Below are positions 1-46,290 of a stretch of DNA of 61,171 bases, one piece after another. How positions within the stretch are numbered: position 1 is the stretch's first letter; each line of letters starts with the position of its first letter. The notes beneath the pieces are model-generated. The model searched no databases and was not told the origin of the DNA. It saw only the letters and a list, made by a program, of their open reading frames with translations. The DNA lies in contig NC_068989.1 of NCBI RefSeq assembly GCF_001194135.2, positions 59,728,871-59,790,041 of the forward strand. Reading direction: 5' to 3'. Both the position numbers and the translations under genes were made by a program. This stretch comes from Octopus bimaculoides (lineage: Eukaryota).

Positions 1-21
1 ATATATATATATAATAGATAT

Positions 22-148
22 CATCATCATCAGCAGCATGGGTTGGACGATTTGACCGAGGACTGGTGAAACCGGATGGCAACACCAGGCTCCAATCTAA
101 ATTTGGCAGAGTTTCTACAGCTGGATGCCCTTCCTAACGCCAACCACT
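22..148 (-). mobile_element. RTE-tail/SINE-like repeat ((GAT)n-tailed family)
   Basis: catcatc...catgggttggacg...ctacagctggatgcccttcctaacgccaaccac; many copies in this window. Confidence 0.75.
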
Positions 149-179
149 CAGAGATACAATATATACATAATATATATAT

Positions 180-1270
180 GTTCATAGTAGTCCTTCTGGA
201 CATGCCCACGGTCACTCGGACAGCCATTTTCACTAGCTACGCTGATGACACAAAACTATCTCAGGCAATAAAGAATCCTGATGATGTCATAAGCCTGGAG
301 AATGACCTAAATGCAATATACAAGTGGGCAGAGCAAAATAATATGCGGTTCAATGCTAAAAAATTTCAAGTACTGCGCTACAAGGCCACACATGCCCCCC
401 AACTGGCATACACAGGATCTGGAGGTACTGCAATCCCAGAACCACAAACAGTGAGAGACCTGGGCATCAGCATGTGTAGTGATGCATTATTTCACANNNN
501 NNNNNNAGAGACCTGGGCATCAGCATGTGTAGTGATGCATTATTTCACATGCACATTGTCAAGTTGACAGCAAAGTGCAGACAACTGGCAGAGTGGATAC
601 TGAGGATATTCTGAACAAGGGATCAAAAAGTCATGATGACTCTATGGAAGACATTTGTTTTGAGCCTCCTAGACTATTGCTCTCAGTTGTGGTCACCACA
701 CAGTGTCAAGCAGACAGCAGAACTCAGGAAATTCAGCGTCACTATACGAAAAAGATCACCACAGTCCAGCAGATGAACTACAGGGAGCGACTAAAGGCAC
801 TAGGTCTCTACTCCCTGGAGCGCAGGCAGGAGAGATATGTAATAATTTACATATGGAAAATACTGGAAGGACTGGTACCAAACTTTGGTATAAAGTGCTC
901 CACGAATGCCCGCACGGGTCGCCACTGCATAGTACCAAGGATACCGTCCACTGCATCTCACATAAGAACAAGATACTGCAACAGCCACGGTTTCAGAGGA
1001 CCTGCAAGACATGGACATAGAGGTCATCAGAACAAAACTCGACACTTTCCTCTCCACGATACCAGATGAACCAATGGCTCGAAATGAGACACAGTTGAGG
1101 GCAGCGATGTCAAATTCTCTTATACACCAGATGTGCTATCAAAACTCTTGATTGGACTATATCAGATGGAGAAGAGCCATGCAAGGAACATGAAGAGAGC
1201 AAAGCATAAAGACAGAAAATCATGGTGGTGCTCCAGCATGACCACAGCCACTTGGCTGAAACCCATAAAT
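180..1270 (+). mobile_element. 5'-truncated CR1-group LINE, RT C-terminal half, frameshifted
   Basis: YADDTKL, DLNAIYKWAEQNNMRFNAKK, VRDLG, LDYCSQLWSP, LYSLERRQERY across frames. Confidence 0.9.
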
Positions 1271-1568
1271 AAATAAATATATATAATATATATATACAAT
1301 ATATATATTATACTTTGATACGCATGTACAGCCATCTGTGTATGTGCATCTGAGCACACATATGTGTACTCGTGGTTATGCTTTTGTATCCATGTATATC
1401 TGTATATAGTAATGCATACATGCATATGCATGTATATATGAGTTTTTATGACACTTTATATGGATTTTAATATACTTTTTGTATGTTTTTTTTATGTGCT
1501 TTATATTTTTTTTTTTTTTAATTTTATATTTGTATTTAAATTTTGCAAAATTCATGAATTGAATTTGT

Positions 1569-1704
1569 AAATCTCTGAAGAAGCCTAGTGAACCATGCAT
1601 GTACCCCCATTACATCATTTTCATCTACTAATTACGTCAGCGTACTGGAGCAATAGAGATAGAATGGGGCATGCCAACGCTAGGCCGAAACAAGCGTAAG
1701 ATTT
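1569..1704 (+). ncRNA. Type I hammerhead ribozyme (Penelope-type) with extended stem II
   Basis: Stem I AAATCT/AGATTT; core CTGAAGA 1575-1581; stem II (A)GCCTAG...CTAGGC(C); GAAA 1687-1690; stem III AC-AAGC-GT; cleavage triplet GTA 1696-1698. Confidence 0.7.
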
Positions 1705-1901
1705 TGTCTCTTCTCCAATTGCTAGATGTCCTTTATATTTGAAATCTTAGTTGTTGATATGACATGGTATGTCATAAGTGTCTGTATACTGTCTTTTTTG
1801 TCATTTTGGTTATAAAATAAACAGACTAATCAACGGAATAGTGTCTGCAAGTTGATGAGTACCTCATATATATATATATGATATATATATTTTTTTCTTT
1901 A

Positions 1902-2056
1902 TTTTCTTTCAGTCATTTGACTGTGGCCATGCTAGAGCACCGCCTTTAGTCAAACAAATTGACCCCAGGACTTATTACTTGTAAGCCTAGCACTTATTTC
2001 ATTGGTCTCTCTTGCTGAGCTGCTAAGTGACGGAGATGGAAACACACCAGCATCAG
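1902..2056 (-). mobile_element. SINE (Deu/Nin-domain-like body)
   Basis: Reverse complement contains ...gaaataagtgctagg...ggggtcaatttgtttgactaaaggcggtgctctagcatggccacagtcaaatgactgaa; related copies near 21905, 31235, 31470, 33720, 36130. Confidence 0.65.
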
Positions 2057-2057
2057 T

Positions 2058-2065
2058 ATATATAC

Positions 2066-2104
<39 letters not shown>

Positions 2105-2136
2105 TATACATGTATATATACATATATATATTCATA

Positions 2137-2168
<32 letters not shown>

Positions 2169-2779
2169 CATATATATATACATATATGTATACATATATA
2201 TATTCATATATATACATATATGNNNNNNNNNNNNNNNNNNNNNNNNNNNNNNNNNNNNNNNNNNNNNNNNNNNNNNNNNNNNNNNNNNNNNNNNNNNNNN
2301 NNNNNNNNNNNNNNNNNNNNNNNNNNNNNNNNNNNNNNNNNNNNNNNNNNNNNNNNNNNNNNNNNNNNNNNNNNNNNNNNNNNNNNNNNNNNNNNNNNNN
2401 NNNNNNNNNNNNNNNNNNNNNNNNNNNNNNNNNNNNNNNNNNNNNNNNNNNNNNNNNNNNNNNNNNNNNNNNNNNNNNNNNNNNNNNNNNNNNNNNNNNN
2501 NNNNNNNNNNNNNNNNNNNNNNNNNNNNNNNNNNNNNNNNNNNNNNNNNNNNNNNNNNNNNNNNNNNNNNNNNNNNNNNNNNNNNNNNNNNNNNNNNNNN
2601 NNNNNNNNNNNNNNNNNNNNNNNNNNNNNNNNNNNNNNNNNNNNNNNNNNNNNNNNNNNNNNNNNNNNNNNNNNNNNNNNNNNNNNNNNNNNNNNNNNNN
2701 NNNNNNNNNNNNNNNNNNNNNNNNNNNNNNNNNNNNNNNNNNNNNNNNNNNNNNNNNNNNNNNNNNNNNNNNNNNNNNN

Positions 2780-2818
<39 letters not shown>
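2058..2818. repeat. (TA)n-type microsatellite with assembly gap 2223-2779 (similar at 30388-30558, 39047-39935, 56222-56771)
   Basis: Direct reading; these gaps are all bounded by TA repeats. Confidence 0.95.
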
Positions 2819-2820
<2 letters not shown>

Positions 2821-2892
2821 TAATAATAATAATAAAAAAGTGACAAGAAAAGAATGACACCTCGATATTAGGTAAATAGAGGATATTTATAT

Positions 2893-3344
2893 ATTTTAGG
2901 GCACTCAGTAAGTTGTCATAATAGTAATCAGTTTCAAATGCGGGAGCTCAGAGCTACAATGTATTCTCATTGGGTATTAATGGCAATAGAAGCTATAAAA
3001 AAAATTTTAAAAACCATTGAATAAAAGGGAAGTTACTATAATAGGTAGGAAAAAGTATAAAAGATAAAAAATGCATGCAACCATATTCTCACAATACATA
3101 GATATAAAACCTCTCGTGTTTATAACATTTACATACGTACACACTCACACACACATGTATATGTACATGCCCATATACACACAAACATATATGTGCATGT
3201 ATGTACTCATACACATATCCACACACACACATATATTTATATATACATACATATGTATGTATATGTGCATGGAACTTCATTCTCATATAAACATAGGTGT
3301 ATGCCTGCATACATATATATCTAGACATTTTACATATAAATATA

Positions 3345-3396
<52 letters not shown>

Positions 3397-4643
3397 ATAT
3401 AAATATACATACATACATTCACACTCACCGCATATACGAATATACACATGTACATATGAAGCCACTGTAAATTCTACAAACGTTAATAACATAGTTTCGT
3501 CAAAGAGGCATGTGGGTCTCATGGAGGGAAATTTTAAAGCAAGGTTCAATAATCACACCTTAAGCTTTAAACACTGGGATAAATGGAAAACTACCAAATT
3601 ATCCAGTCATATATGGTTCTTAAAAGAACAAGGTCTCAGCTATAGGATTTACTGGAAGAACTTGGCCAAGTGTAAACCTTATACCAACGTTAGTGGCAAG
3701 TGCAGTCTTTGTGATATGGAAAGATGGCTCATCTGGAAAGTTCCTTGGACACCGCTACATGTCTAAATTCAAGAACTGAACTCTTTGGATCATGTCCACA
3801 TATGACAAAATACCTGTTACGGTTTTGGGTCCCCCAAGATCATGGATAGAATCTGCATTTTTACTATATTCCTGCATAAGCTTTCCATGTGTCTTAACAT
3901 TTTTTTATTGTTTTATATATATTTTTTTCATTTTTTCCTTTTTAATTGTGTGATTGTGTACATGTGTGAGTATATGTATATGTATGTATATATTAAATGT
4001 GTATGTGTGTGCATGTGTATGTGTATGCATGTATGTACATGAGTGTAGGACTGTCTGGTGCACAAGTGCGACTTTCATGAAACATCCACTTCTTTTATAC
4101 GGATATGCATATGCTTGTATATCTGCAGTTATGTGTGATAGGAGGATGTATGTGTGTGTGTGTGTGTATATATCTGTTTACATATGTATATTCTTATATG
4201 AGGTGAGTGTGAATGCATGCCTGTGTGTGTGTATATATATATATACATATACACACGTATATTTATATGTATAAATGTCTAGATATATATGTATGCAGGC
4301 ATACACCTATGTGTATATGAGGATGAAGTTGCATGCACATATATACATGTGTGTGTGTATGTGTGCATGTGTGTGTGTTTGGATATGTGTATGAGTACGT
4401 ACGTATGTAGACGTTATGAACGCAAGAGGCTTTATGCCTATGTATTGTGAGAATATGGTTGCGTGTATTTTTTGTTTCATATTTTTTCCTATCTATTAGA
4501 GTAACTTCCCTTTTATTCAACAGTTTTTCGTAGCTTCTATTGCAATTAATATCCGATGAGAATGCATCGTAGATCTTAGCTCCAGCATTTGAAACTCTGA
4601 GTACTGTCGTGACAACATACTGATTGTCCTAAACTACACACAC
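2893..4643 (+). mobile_element. Penelope-like element remnant: GIY-YIG endonuclease C-part (3490-3830) flanked by inverted ~400-bp terminal repeats
   Basis: HVGLMEGNFKARFNNHTLSF...LSSHIWFLK...KCSLCDME...LNSRTELFGSCPH; arms 2893-3345 and 4258-4643 are reverse complements. Confidence 0.8.
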
Positions 4644-6870
4644 ACATATATATCTATAGACTTTGGATTAGTTACTTACTCTGAGTTTCTTCCAATTTTA
4701 ACTATTTCTGGAGTGAAAGGATGAAAAGTAAAGTTAGCTAAGTCGATATTTGAATGCTGAACAAGATACCATACACAATTGAATCCAGTCATCTACTGAC
4801 CCAGCTTTCTCTGCCACAGACACGATCTTCTTACACCATCTTTATGGTATTTCAGTTCAAGGATATTAACCAAAACTTTATTTTCATTTTACAAGAATAT
4901 ACCTTCAAGAACATTCCCTTTATCCCAGGTATGCAAGTATTTTGAAAATACCTCACAATGTGACAACTGTGCCCTGCATAGTTATGTGCCGCCCTTTGGC
5001 AAGGCACAGCACCCGTTCAGCCACCCTGCCAGGGATACAGTGAAGTCATGGGACTACAGCATGGCAGATTGTGAAGAGGTAGCAGAAGAGCTCAAATGAG
5101 CCAACAGTGCTTCTTATTTTGATGCAGAGCAGAGGAATCCTAGAAGATCAATGGTCAGGATCACCAAATTCTATCAAGAGAGTAACTGCGTAATCAGCTA
5201 ATGAAAGATTCACTATGACTCAAGATCCCAATTCAAATTCATAATAATAGAATTGGATGGCAACAGTCATAGGAATCCATGAAAGCAGCAAAAGAAAATA
5301 TTCATTCTGGAGGTGATTTTTCTTCTACATTTCCTTTGTATTTTAATGCATTCTGGTCTCCTTTAAGCCAATATTTAAAAACATTGTGCAATAATATTTA
5401 CACATGATGGATGGAACAACAAAATGAGACATGTGTTAAGTAAAAATATCCAACTAAATGCTCTTCCAAACACAAACCAATGTACCAAGAAGCAAAAAAA
5501 AAAGTCATTTGATGTTATCATGAAATCACATCATCCTCAGGGTAAGCAATAGTAATATCAGATGTGTAAGTGTTTACAGTATGAAACCACACTGGTGTTA
5601 TACTTTATATGATTCATTATCATTTTTCAGATACAAATAAAGAATTAATTAAATAAATAAATAGAATGTTTTAAAAATAAGAAATGATTATAAGAGAATG
5701 ATTTGTTTAATTGAAATAATGCTTTAAGCATGTAGTACAGATGATGTTTAGAGAAGAACTGGTCACTGGGAGAAGACTTAAAGACAGAACTCACACATAC
5801 ACACACACACACATATATAACATCATCAAACAGAGATTCAGTTTAGAAAAATAAATAAATCACAAATATTGCCAGCACCACATAGAACATACATAGGAAG
5901 AGAATAAATAGATTCTATACATGACACATATTTATGACAGCTTGCAAAGAAAGCTGTTATACATATGGGGCAGTACTTTATACACAACTCTAACACCAAC
6001 ATGTATTGAGTACTTTTCTGGTTTTGTATTAATAATATAAATAAACAATACATACATGCATACTTACATACATAGGTATGTATGGACACATGTACATACA
6101 GAATATTTTATCCAACAGATCTGATGAAGACCTAGTAACTGTGAAAAAAAATTTTTAAATAAAAGAGAAAAAAAAAAGAAAACACAAGATGAAGATGCAA
6201 GAAAATATCCATTGGTGAGAAATGAAAACACAAACTTCAAACCATAGGGCACTTTAACAGGAGATGCATCCATGCACAGGACCATTATCATTTAATGCCA
6301 GCATGGGAAATGGATGTATGATGACGATGACACATACACACAAACAAACTATAATCTGTAACACCTACACTGAAAACTAGTGATATGAAATTGTGTGTAA
6401 CATTAACACCGTGTAAAGTAAAAAAAAAAATGAGCATTCATCTTGTTGTTCTTTTCTTACATAGTAAAGTAAGTAAATTGTCCTGGCATATTTCATTGTT
6501 GGTTGACATGTATCCAGAAAACAAGTACTTCTCATGTCTTTGCCGCCTAAGAGAACTTCATAGCAGTTACTATTTATATCAGTTACAAACTAGTATTTAG
6601 CTGAAACAGCTAGAGTAATTTGCATATTAGACATTAGTTGGCAACATGATTACATAGTTTCATTCACAAACAATGTGTACCAGAAAATTTAAGATAAATT
6701 TAATGTAGTTCTCTTAAGTTTCCTAATACACATTTCTCACAATAGAGAAAACATCTAAGCTCTCTTTCTTCCTTTCTATCTACCTCTCTCTCTCTCTCTT
6801 ATATATATATATATAATCAGCAAAAACAATATGATAAAAAAGAACTCAATACATGAAGTGGAATTAAATA

Positions 6871-6876
6871 TTTATT
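6871..6876 (-). terminator. Candidate ATG9 polyadenylation signal AATAAA
   Basis: tttatt on plus strand ~750 nt after the stop; ATTAAA alternatives exist (e.g. near 7390). Confidence 0.35.
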
Positions 6877-7111
6877 TTTAAAAAACATTGATAGTGACTT
6901 TGAAGTTTCACCAAATCGATTTTAAATCAATTTTGGTGAAACTTTGAAGACACTGTCGCCGTTTTAAAATAAATATGTACACACACACACACACACACAC
7001 ACAAAAGCACATGCACATACACACAAACACACATAATTTGAAGTTCACATAATATTTCAATAAATATACAAATCAGCCAGTGAATATTTGTTTCAGTTTC
7101 TGAACAATATG

Positions 7112-7182
7112 GTGTTAACATAGCACAAATTAGCATATGTTAACATAGCATAAATTAACATACGTTAACATAGCATAAATTA
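7112..7182. repeat. ~25-bp tandem repeat x3 in ATG9 3' UTR
   Basis: gttaacatagca(c/t)aaatta(g/a)cata repeated three times. Confidence 0.7.
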
Positions 7183-7623
7183 AAAGCAAACAATAAATTA
7201 AAAAAAAAAAAACAATTTCAAAATTAACAAATTTACGCTTTGATCAATTAATATTATATTTGTACAGTTTCTTTCTCTTTTCTTTTTTTTTTCCCCTTCT
7301 TCAAATTGTTTCTAACAAATAAAAAAAAAATATATAAAATCGTAGATATAGGATCTGAATTAAGGACGTCACTGTCAGAATCATGTTTTAATAATGTACA
7401 GTTATAAAGTTATAAAAACAGTTATAATGTACGCACAGATCCTATGCCATAGGGAGGAAAAATTAACAAGTTTTTCTTTCAAGATAGCATGAGATGATTC
7501 AAACAGCATTTATCACGATAGCAAGCTATCAACAGTTTCAAATAGGAAGTAAATATTGCCAGACAGCATTCATAACATGCAGAGCTGTGTATGTAGCAAA
7601 GTAGTTATTACACACATTTCTTG

Positions 7624-40599
<32,976 letters not shown>

Positions 40600-40968
40600 C
40601 ACTGTGGATTCTAAAAAACATTATACAAAAACAATAGAGTAATAGTGAGATTCTTGTTAACAATACTGAGATCTATAAATTAAAGTATAGAAAACAATTT
40701 TAATGTTAGTAAAATGATTGGCATGTCTCAAACAGAAAAAAATTTATTTATTATAATTAAGAAGAGGAGAAAAAGAAAAAATAGTTCTGTATTCATTTCT
40801 TAGTACACATTACATTTGGCGACAGTCAATAATAATAATATCCAAGAATTGAAACCAACAGATTGTTCTTCAAATGATACAAAACCCAAAATTTAAAAGA
40901 ATATATAATTTACACTGAGTAAAATGGTATTTAAACATCTTAATAATATAACACAACAAATCCAGTAA

Positions 40969-43849
40969 TCTATGTAATATAGAAGATGTCTGTCTGTTTA
41001 ACTGCATGCATTTCTACATTTAACAACCAATTTGCACCAAGTTTCATACATAGGTTTCTGAAGTCCTATTATGCGTCATATGCTATTTTATATTTCTGTA
41101 CATCGATTGTGGGGGCCCCCAAGGGGCAGATAACCCCCTTAAGCCTCTCCCTTGGAGTCAGCTGTACTATAATTCCTGCAGTTTGCTTCCAATCTTCACC
41201 AAAATTAATCTTTTGTTTGTCTATGGCCTACAAATGAAGTTGCAGACATGCACTTGCACAGAAATTCAGGTCGGGGACCCCTTGGGGGGCAGTAAACTGA
41301 TTTTGATGAATGTTGAAGTTGATATCATTAATGCAACAAAATGTCATAACTACTTGAGTTGGCATTTGGTTTTCACAAAACAAGACGTATTGATTACCCA
41401 TGGCTCACAGAGGAAGGTGAACGCATGAACTTTTACTTGAACTTATCATTTGATTTTAACTTTACAGGACCCATTTGTTATCCATTGCCTAAAGATGATG
41501 TTGAAGACACTGTCTTTACCAAGAACAAGCAAGGGAACCCACAGGGGGTAGTAAGCCCCGGTGATTCATTTATTGAATTTGGCTATTGTAACACAGCAAA
41601 GGGTCACAGCTTCGATAATTGGTAGTCCCATAATTGGTAGTCACAGCTTCGATAATTGGTAGTCCCATAAAATGAATTTTGACTCAGTTGTTATTAATTT
41701 ACTACAGATGAAGATATAGCGAAGCACATTTACTTCCTTTTCAATTCAGCAAGAGGACCCCCTCGGAGACAATGAGCTAAATCATTAACCCATAAAAGTT
41801 CAAACTGCCACAATAAAACAGCATCAGAACCTCAGGAGTTTATTATGGTTATTGCCTGCCATAAGATAAAGTAGCGCACATTCATTATCACTTGAATTCT
41901 GCAAAGGAACCCCCTAGGGAGGACAGTGAGCCCCCTTTGGACCACTTTTAAAGTTCATATTATGGTTGCAGCAAAGCATTTAAACTTCTGAAAATAACAG
42001 TCAATTTAAATGAAAGTTGATGCATCAGTTACTCATGTCCTATAAATGGAGTAGAGAATTTTTAAATCCTTCTGACTAAACTTTAGTTTGCTTAGTTAAC
42101 TTTAGGATGATTGAATTTTAATTTTGCAACTGGTTGTCTCCACTGTGTAATAATTGCACCACAATTAAGTGTGGAATGGGGAGTTAAATTTTTTTCCTTG
42201 AACTTTGGTGTCATTTCACACTCCTAACCAAGAAAGCGCGATTTAACCCAGGTGTAAATTTTAATGCCCACTGTATGTGGATTGTGCTATTTCACTGTGC
42301 GAATGATTGATTAGTTTTTGCACTCGGTTGTCTCCCCCATTTAATTGCAGCTCAAGTGCAAAATGGCAATCTCTGGTCAACCACACATCAGTGAGTTGTG
42401 TTCAGCAGATTTCATCACACTTATTTGTATTATCTAACCAATCAAACAACTTGAGTGTTGTTCATTAAGCGAAATCACTCCTATTTATATCAGTCAAGTC
42501 TCACCTAGGATCACACTTCATTTTTGGCTTTTGACAATTGGTAGGTTTTTTTTACTTGTGTACTCACATAACCTACCCCATGTTTCTGTTTGCTTTTTCA
42601 GCATTTGTTACCTTAAATGAGGTGTATTTAATGTGTTTATGATCATAAGGTCCCAGTTTACCATTCCGTGATTTATTGGACATTTTTTCCTCTATCCTTT
42701 CAATAGTTAGTATTTACGTATTGCTATTGTTGTGGAGGCACAATGGCCTAGTGGTTAGGGCAGCGAACTCACGGTCGTGATTCCCAGACCGGGCGTTGTG
42801 AATGTTTATTGAGCGAAAACACCTAAAGTTCCACAAGGCTCCAGCAGGGGGTGGTGGCAAACCCTGCTGTACTCTTTCACCACAACTTTCTCTCACTCTT
42901 TCTTCCTGTTTCTGTTCTACCTGTATTTCAAAGGACCAGCCTTGTCATGCTCTGTGTCACGCTGAATCTCCCCGAGAACTACGTTAAGGGTACACGTGTC
43001 TGTGGAGAGTTCAGCCACTTGCACATTAATTTCATGAGCAGGCTGTTCTGCTGATTGGATCAACTGGAACCCTCGTCGTCATAACCGACGGAGTGCCAAC
43101 CATTGCTAATGTTACAAAGGTGAAAAAAATATATTGATTTCGCATTCACGCAAAGCAAATGTTGCTCTCTGTCTTTTAAAAGAAAAAAACAACAAAGTCT
43201 CTTTTAAAAGAAAGAAAAAGAAAAATCAAACAGTCCATGTTATCAAAGGGAGATAGAGCAGACAGTAGACAAGAAGGACAAAAAGGACGGCCATGGAGTT
43301 AGGTCAGTAGAAAAGACAGTGGTCAGTTGTCGAATGGACAGGAAAAAGAATGGTGCTTTTGACAATACTACGTACGCCTCTGAAGTTGCTTTTGCTATAC
43401 GTTATAAATGTTCAAAGTCTCCGTTTTCCACATTTATATGTTGTTATCACGCTTTGCTATCGATGTTCTGTGGTTTTGACTTAATCTACTTTTCCCTACA
43501 TCTTATTTACACATTTTTTTGACATTCCAGCGTGATCTTGCCAAGGCCATTTTTGTGACCACCAACTTTTACATGTTTTCCTAGGTTACAATCTCAAATA
43601 ACAAGCAAAGCAAATACGACACACCAAAGTGGTGTGAAGGACTTCTTAAGGGCCACCACCTCTAATCGGAGTCATTTTGCTGACAGCTCTGCCATTAGGA
43701 CTTTAAAGAGTGAACAATCCAAGGCCCTCTTTAGGGCCAACACCCGTAAATTGTTACTCCTATAGTCGTGTTTGACAAAAGTCTTTTGGTTCATTTGAAC
43801 AACTGCTCCATTGAGAGTTATACCAGGCAATGCCGGGTACCTCTGCTAG
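40969..43849 (+). mobile_element. Non-autonomous Helitron-like element (~2.9 kb) carrying a nested SINE
   Basis: A|TCTATGTAATATAGAAG...; 3' hairpin CCAGGC-AAT-GCCGGG then CTCTGCTAG|T. Assumes the two termini belong to one element. Confidence 0.55.
42732..43101 (+). mobile_element. tRNA-derived SINE, full length, with 12-bp target-site duplication
   Basis: A-box TGGCCTAGTGG head; TSD attgctattgtt (42720-42731) / attgctaatgtt (43102-43113); paralogue at 60874. Confidence 0.85.
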
Positions 43850-45946
43850 TTACTGTATAAAAGCAGATAAAAGATATATCTGATGAAAAAGTAGAAAGAA
43901 TAACATAGAAAGTAAAGCTAATAAAGTAGGCTTGATTAAATAAATACACAGGATGATTTTATAAAGTCCCATTAGAATCAACAGAAACCAGTTAACAACT
44001 GCTGTCAGTTCAGTTTTTTTTAATGTACACCTCTTCTCCCAACACACACACTTCTTAATGTACACACACTTTTTAATCTACACCTCCCAACACACACACT
44101 TCCACCTTCTTATCACAGATTTCATCCCCTTCCAATCCCTTCCCCTAGTGACTGCAATGGCTCGGGGATTCCAGGATAGAAATAAACTCAAAGCAATTAG
44201 TTTTGTTTCATACAATTGAAGAAACTGACACTGACTAATCCACTAATTCTTGGGTAATGTGAATACTTTACACACGTCTTGTTTATAAATAGTAAAAACT
44301 GCATTAATTGCTAGTGGCTTTAGTGGTAGCTAAAAGGTTTGACTGACAGACCCCACAACTCCAAGTGAAATTATTAGAGTACTGTTATTGACATGTTTTG
44401 GACAACAGAACTACTGATACAATGCCTTTCTTTGGTACTATAGTAAACAGGAATATCTGAGCTGAGTCTATAAATTAATGGAAGATTTTTTTTCATGTAT
44501 AAAGTATCACTATCGCTAATAGTAGAGAGCTGAGTCCTTGCCTTACATGATTTTGAGTTACTCTGATGTACTGGGCCAGTTTATATTGTTTATCTTATTC
44601 CAGAAATATGGTGCTGTATCAATGACAAAACATTGAGTCAATCAGCTTTCACTTACTGTTATAATCCCTTTTTGAGATTTATGTTTGATAAACATTTTGC
44701 TCCTGTCTGTGTAACTGAGTATAGGAAAGGTCAGAAAGGTTCAGACAGCTATAATGACAATGATTATACATTACTCAGTCGCACAGACCAAGGAAAGTAA
44801 GGTACCTTAACTAAATAGTATAATCCAATAGCTAAACTAATCAGTCACCAACTAGACAGAAATGATTCATAACAGGACACTTTATAACAAATGACCACAG
44901 TTCTGTTTTTCAAGAGTCATGTATGAAGAACAAGATGAAAAGAGTGTGAGTAAAAGGAATGAAAAGACAAAGATAAGATGAAAAATAAGCAGAAGAATAA
45001 ACAGAAAAAAATGAAAAAAAAACATTGAGTGAAATAAAAAGGAAAGGATGAAATGTCAAAGAGAAGAAAGGTGAGGGGAACAGTTAAGATAGTGATAGAG
45101 CCAGGTAGCTACATATTAGATAACTCAAAATAAACAAATCTTAAGCAGATATTAACAACCTTGCTTAATGTTAAACTGTATCAGCTGTAGATAGCTTAGG
45201 TACTTGAAATGACTTACTGCAGCACAAGTACATACAATCTGAGTCCCTAATATTGTGGAGAGAATGAATGATGGGTGATTTCTATAACTTTCAGGATCTC
45301 TTGAGAAGAGTAACTTAAAGTTGTTCTTTGTTGGGTACATCAAGAGTTTCCAACAGAGGACTTAAATACAACATTATAAATTAACAAAACAATTGTTAAT
45401 CATACAAAGCATACACTAATGTCCTAGAGGTTAACAATTGTCTGTAATAAACATAATACTGGGAATGGTCTGTGAGGTAGAAAACAGAGTTAAAAATAGC
45501 AATGACAAGATTACTCTGGCATAGTAGTGAAGATTATCAAAATACTAGGCTTATAAAATAAGTATCAAACATGTACAGGTAACAGACTATGCAAATGACT
45601 ATAACTGCCTTCTCCGTATATACTTCTGTTAATGTAAAATGTATAACGGATGCTTTCAATGTCAAAACTTACATAGTGCTCCAATAACATCTATTTACTT
45701 CAATATGAACTAGATCAACAGATAGTTGAAATAAATTATTGAAAGACACGATGCAGTAATGCAAGACAGTAACAAACAACAGTAGATGAACACCGAAATG
45801 ACACTATCACTTAAAATTCTTGAGGAGCTGGGAATGAGGTGAACCTAGTTAAGCTTCTTCAACCAATGCTACACATTTATTTACAAAAATATCCAGAAAC
45901 ATGCTACCTTAGGGCTTAATTAACAAATACATACACACATGTATAC

Positions 45947-45981
<35 letters not shown>

Positions 45982-45982
<1 letters not shown>

Positions 45983-46290
45983 ATCATCATCAAACATCCG
46001 CCTTCCATGCTGGCATGGGTGGGACGGCTTGACAGGAGCTGACCTGGCAGAAGCCTGCACCAGACCTCTGTAACTGTTTTGGCAGGATTTTTACAGCTGG
46101 ATGCCCTTCCTAACACCAACCACTCGGCAGAGTGGACTTAGTACTTTTTACATGATACAAGCACAGGCAAGATCAGTTTTGGCAAGGTTTTTACAGCTGG
46201 ATGCCCTTCCAAATGCCAACCATTTTACAGTGTGGACTGGATGCATTTTAAATGGCAATTGCGCTGACAGGGTCACCAAGTAACTTGCAA
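45982..46290 (-). mobile_element. RTE-tail repeat with internal tandem duplication
   Basis: ttttggca-g-tttttacagctggatgcccttcc occurs twice (~46078, ~46178). Confidence 0.7.

Noticed and set aside
456-547. 41-bp direct repeat flanking the 10-N gap (similar at 34616-34725)
   Set aside because: Identical sequence on both sides of a minimal gap indicates an unmerged contig overlap, not biology.
1950-2860. Long ORFs over (TA)n and N-gaps (also 38963-39970, 56061-56908, 30314-30664)
   Set aside because: Artefacts of microsatellites and runs of N; no coding signal.
5302-5361. Minus-strand segment GDQNALKYKGNVEEKSPPE* loosely resembling the human ATG9A end
   Set aside because: Weak AAG acceptor and no compatible donor in exon 20 after the conserved helix; likely chance.
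5500-5548. Strong plus-strand donor CAGG|GTAAGC
   Set aside because: No acceptor, partner exon or recognisable protein.
42734-42800. tRNA-like sequence (also 60876 and 47520-47595)
   Set aside because: Incomplete cloverleaf followed by a repeated body and TSD; these are SINE heads, not tRNA genes.
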